Source: a bacterium
Lineage (GTDB): Bacteria; Electryoneota; JAOADG01
Assembly: GCA_030247525.1 (NCBI GenBank)
Contig: JAOTSC010000120.1
Coordinates: 1-10,546 of the forward strand
DNA: 10,546 nucleotides
Direction: 5' to 3'
A program made the position numbers and the translations under genes. Shown here in pieces: positions 7,639 to 10,546 of this stretch (positions are counted from its first letter, which is position 1; each line of letters begins with the position of its first letter). The notes beneath the pieces were generated by a model. That model did not search any database. It saw only the letters and a program-made list of their open reading frames with translations, and was not told the DNA's origin.

Positions 7639-8493
7639 GTGCAACAACCGGAGTGGACGGAAGCAGTCGCGCGAGCATTACGGGAAGACGGCGCGTATTC
7701 CGATGTTACAACATTGACGTTTGTCGCCGAAGATGCAATCGGCACCGCAGAAATCATTAGCCGCGTTGATGGTATCGTATGTGGTGTTCCCGCAGCTCAG
7801 GAGACTTTTTAGCAGGCAGGTACCGGTATCGAACAAAAATGGCATGTTCAAGACGGCGATCGTGCAGTCGCCGGGAAACCATGGGTAACGTTAACTGGTC
7901 GATTGCGACCGATTCTAATCGGTGAGCGTACCGCCCTGAATTTCCTGTCGCACTTATCGGGTATTGCGACCCTAACCCGTAGATTCGTTGACGCGGTTGT
8001 GGGCTTTGATTGCGTTATCCGTGATACCCGCAAGACTATGCCAGGCTTACGTGATGCACAGAAGTATGCCGTTCGGGTCGGCGGAGCAGAAAACCATCGA
8101 ATGAATCTTGCCGCTGCTGGATTACTTAAAGAGAATCATTTGGTTGCTGCCGGTGGATTACCGTTGGTGTTAGAAAAACTGCAAACGATTGCAGCGCATA
8201 AAAATTCTCCGTTGTTTGAATTGGAAGTCGAATCGCTGGAAGAATTGGAAAATGCTTTAAAAGTCGGTGTAAAAGAAATCCTACTCGATAATTTTACCGT
8301 CGAACAGACTATTGAGGCAGTGCGGTTCAACCAGCGACGGGCGGTATTAGAGACATCCGGTGGTGTTACGTTGGACAATGTAGCTGCCTATGCCGCAGCA
8401 GGGGTCGACCGGATTGCGATTGGCGCATTGACCCACTCGGCAAAACCGCTCGATTTATCGTTATTGGTTCGTAGCCGGAAAACAAAAGAATGA
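7639..8493 (+). pseudogene. nadC: Nicotinate-nucleotide pyrophosphorylase [carboxylating] (quinolinate phosphoribosyltransferase, NadC). Its frame is interrupted by a single in-frame TAG at 7810-7812.
   Basis: From GTG 7639 the translation reads MQQPEWTEAVARALREDGAYSDVTTLTFVAEDAIGTAEIISRVDGIVCGVPAAQETF*, a clear NadC N-terminal domain. The same frame continues after the TAG with QAGTGIEQKWHVQDGDRAVAGKPWVTLTGRLRPILIGERTALNFLSHLSGIAT...TRKTMPGLR...KYAVRVGGAENHR...LDNF...ETSGGVT...AIGALTHSA, the rest of NadC. The stop is TGA at 8491-8493. The longest uninterrupted piece (track ORF 7903..8493) begins at an internal TTG and lacks the N-terminal domain. Confidence 0.8.
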
Positions 8494-10546
8494 CCCGCAC
8501 ACCATTACTGTTTCTCCGGCACTTTCATCAACCTGACTACCGCGATCCGTGGTCGGGATTGCCGACTCTGCCGTGGGTTCGACTCCATGCCTGCCGAGGC
8601 TACAGCGATATCTTAACGGCGCTGGAGCAGGGCGAATCGAAATGGACGATTAACTGGACCGGCACGCTCCTCGAACAACTTGAATCGTGGAATCCCGATA
8701 GCGGCGCCGATGTGCAATATCTGTTAGCCGCAAAACCATCGCGGGAATTGACGCTGGAAGAGCGAATTCAATTGCTCTCCTTTTCGTTTTGGGCAAATCA
8801 TCGCACATTAATTCAACCACTGCCGAAATATCGTCAATTACTCGCCAAGCGAGATGGATGGATAACCGAGACTGACCGGATTCGTGCTGCAAAATCGTTT
8901 ACCAATCAAGAGTTGCGTGATTTACAAGTATTGTTTAATCTCTCCTGGTGTGGATTCACTCTGCGGAAACAGCCACTGATTGCCTCACTATTGGCTAAAG
9001 GGGCAAACTTCACCGAAGACGAGAAGCAACAATTGTTGCAAACACAAGCGGATACGGTCGCCGGATTGATTCCACGTTATCGGGATGCCTTGCGAAGTGG
9101 TAAAATTGAGATTAGTACATCTCCGTACACCCATCCAATAATACCGCTGCTGATTGATTCCGATATCGCTCTGGAAGCGATGCCAGATGCACCATTGCCA
9201 AAACCGGCATACCGTCATCCTGAGTATGCGCAGTTACAATTAAAGCGAGCAAGAAAGCTACATCAAAGAGTTTGGCATAACGATGTACAAGGGTTGTGGC
9301 CGCCGGAAGGGTCGGTTTCGCCAGCAGCCTTAGAGTGTGCAGCTAAGCAGAATTTTCAATGGGCAATTACCGATGAAGGGATTCTCGCTCGTAGCCTTCG
9401 CCACGAAGTGACAGCCGTCGAACGGAATCGAATCTATCGCTTGGAAACTGTGAATGGCCCGCTCAAACTATTCTTCCGTAACCGGGCATTATCCGATGCG
9501 ATTGGGTTCCGGTACAATTCGTGGGAACCGGGAACCGCCTTGGAAGATTTATTCGCCCAATTGACCGAAGAGCAGAATAAAGTCGATTATAATTCTGCAA
9601 TCACTATTGCCCTCGATGGCGAGAATGCGTGGGAAGCTTATGATGATGGTGCTGAGGGATTCTTAACCGGACTATCGCGGGCATTTGTACGGCGTAATGA
9701 TTTCCGGACAACAACTCCCACAAAATTGTGCAATGAAATGGAGGCGACCCGATTGGATTGGATTGCCAGCGGTTCGTGGATTAATGCCAATTTCCGCATT
9801 TGGTGCGGTGATACCGAGAAGAATCGGGCATGGAATCAACTCGAGCGGGCAACCAAACTGCTCCAAACGAATCGTGATTCGTCGAAGTATGAAGTTGCCG
9901 AAAGTCATCTACTCTCTGCGCAGGCGTCCGATTGGTTTTGGTGGTACGGAGATATTTTTCAATCGGAAAACGATCCGGAGTTCGATCGATTGTTCCGCGG
10001 CCATTTAGCGCGGGTGCATGAGTTAACTGGCGACACAATCCCGCAAGATTTGTTAGAGCCGGCACACGGGAATCGGACTCCTAATGCGACTTTTCCGGCA
10101 GCGAATTTGGATATCACCATCGATGGGAAGGAAACAGCGTTTTACGAATGGTTAGGCGCTGGTGAGATCGAGGTTGTATCTCGTGGAGCTATTCGTCGAA
10201 GTGATTATCCGGTAACACGCGTTCGGTTTGGATACGACACTCAACGGTTACTAATAGCGTTGGATGGTTCCTTTATTCGAAATCTCCATCGCTTTGATAT
10301 TGTTGTTTTGTATCAAGTGAATGGCAACGAGACCCGAGAGTATCGCTGGCATAATGGAGTTAAACCGACTGCGGACGTGAAAGCTGCAGCAAATTCTCTG
10401 TTAGAAATCGCTGTCGACAAAGCGCACTGGAATGCCGGACCGGGGAATCCAATTCAAATACGTATCGAAATTCGTGAAAAAGCCAACGTAATTCAACGGA
10501 TTCCCGAGTTTGGTGTTGTATCTTTCCCTTGGCATGAGTACGAAGA
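8490..10546 (+). CDS. Glycoside hydrolase family 57 protein (alpha-amylase / alpha-glucanotransferase / branching-enzyme class). The 3' end is truncated by the window edge. It is absent from the supplied ORF track because no stop codon occurs in the window.
   Basis: Frame 0 is open and stop-free from ATG 8490 to 10546. The five GH57 conserved regions are present in order. Region I is HFHQP (from MTRTPLLFLRHFHQPDYRDPW). Region II is GKIEISTSPYTHPIIPLL. Region III is GLWPPEGSVS, with the putative nucleophile Glu codon at 9306-9308. Region IV is IALDGENAW, with the putative acid/base Asp codon at 9615-9617. Region V is AQASDWFWWYG. The ATG overlaps the nadC TGA as ATGA. Confidence 0.88.
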   Translation, partial: MTRTPLLFLRHFHQPDYRDPWSGLPTLPWVRLHACRGYSDILTALEQGESKWTINWTGTLLEQLESWNPDSGADVQYLLAAKPSRELTLEERIQLLSFSFWANHRTLIQPLPKYRQLLAKRDGWITETDRIRAAKSFTNQELRDLQVLFNLSWCGFTLRKQPLIASLLAKGANFTEDEKQQLLQTQADTVAGLIPRYRDALRSGKIEISTSPYTHPIIPLLIDSDIALEAMPDAPLPKPAYRHPEYAQLQLKRARKLHQRVWHNDVQGLWPPEGSVSPAALECAAKQNFQWAITDEGILARSLRHEVTAVERNRIYRLETVNGPLKLFFRNRALSDAIGFRYNSWEPGTALEDLFAQLTEEQNKVDYNSAITIALDGENAWEAYDDGAEGFLTGLSRAFVRRNDFRTTTPTKLCNEMEATRLDWIASGSWINANFRIWCGDTEKNRAWNQLERATKLLQTNRDSSKYEVAESHLLSAQASDWFWWYGDIFQSENDPEFDRLFRGHLARVHELTGDTIPQDLLEPAHGNRTPNATFPAANLDITIDGKETAFYEWLGAGEIEVVSRGAIRRSDYPVTRVRFGYDTQRLLIALDGSFIRNLHRFDIVVLYQVNGNETREYRWHNGVKPTADVKAAANSLLEIAVDKAHWNAGPGNPIQIRIEIREKANVIQRIPEFGVVSFPWHEYE

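Noticed and set aside
7633-7812. The possibility that TAG is globally reassigned to a sense codon, given the in-frame TAG in nadC.
   Set aside because: The helicase upstream ends at TAG 7633-7635 exactly where PcrA/UvrD homologues end. Reading through would fuse it in-frame to NadC. TAG is therefore a genuine stop in this organism. The nadC TAG is a local event (mutation, error or leaky suppression), not a code change.
8576-8586. A tRNA T-arm-like motif GGTTCGACTCC.
   Set aside because: The flanking sequence cannot form a 5-bp T-stem or an acceptor stem. The motif lies inside the conserved N-terminal region of the GH57 ORF (…LPTLPWVRLHACRGYSD…). It is a coincidental match and no tRNA is present.
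9685-10065. ORFs 9685..10008 (+, 107 aa) and 9781..10065 (-, 94 aa) near the window end.
   Set aside because: Both overlap the conserved region V (SDWFWWYG) portion of the GH57 gene in other frames or on the opposite strand. Their translations have no recognisable features.

Overview
This is a densely packed bacterial chromosomal segment with moderate GC. All real genes lie on the + strand. Eight are co-directional housekeeping or cell-envelope genes: a 5'-truncated gcvPA (glycine cleavage P-protein subunit 1), an SPFH/band-7 stomatin-like protein, a membrane-anchored protein with three PEGA domains, an RsuA/RluB-type rRNA pseudouridine synthase, a small Cys-containing DUF1858 redox protein, mltG, a UvrD/PcrA-family helicase, and nadC. 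The nadC frame is interrupted by one in-frame TAG amber codon at 7810-7812. The supplied ORF track also misses a long glycoside-hydrolase family 57 (GH57) ORF. It starts at 8490, has no stop before the window ends at 10546, and overlaps the nadC stop as ATGA. Intergenic space is minimal, with overlapping or near-abutting start/stop codons. The one clear non-coding element is a GC-rich hairpin after gcvPA, followed by a strong Shine-Dalgarno for the SPFH gene. There are no CRISPR arrays, tRNA/rRNA genes or mobile elements. No self-contained new system is obvious. The most check-worthy observations are the amber-interrupted nadC, the SPFH-PEGA gene pair that lacks the usual NfeD partner, and the unlisted GH57 gene.
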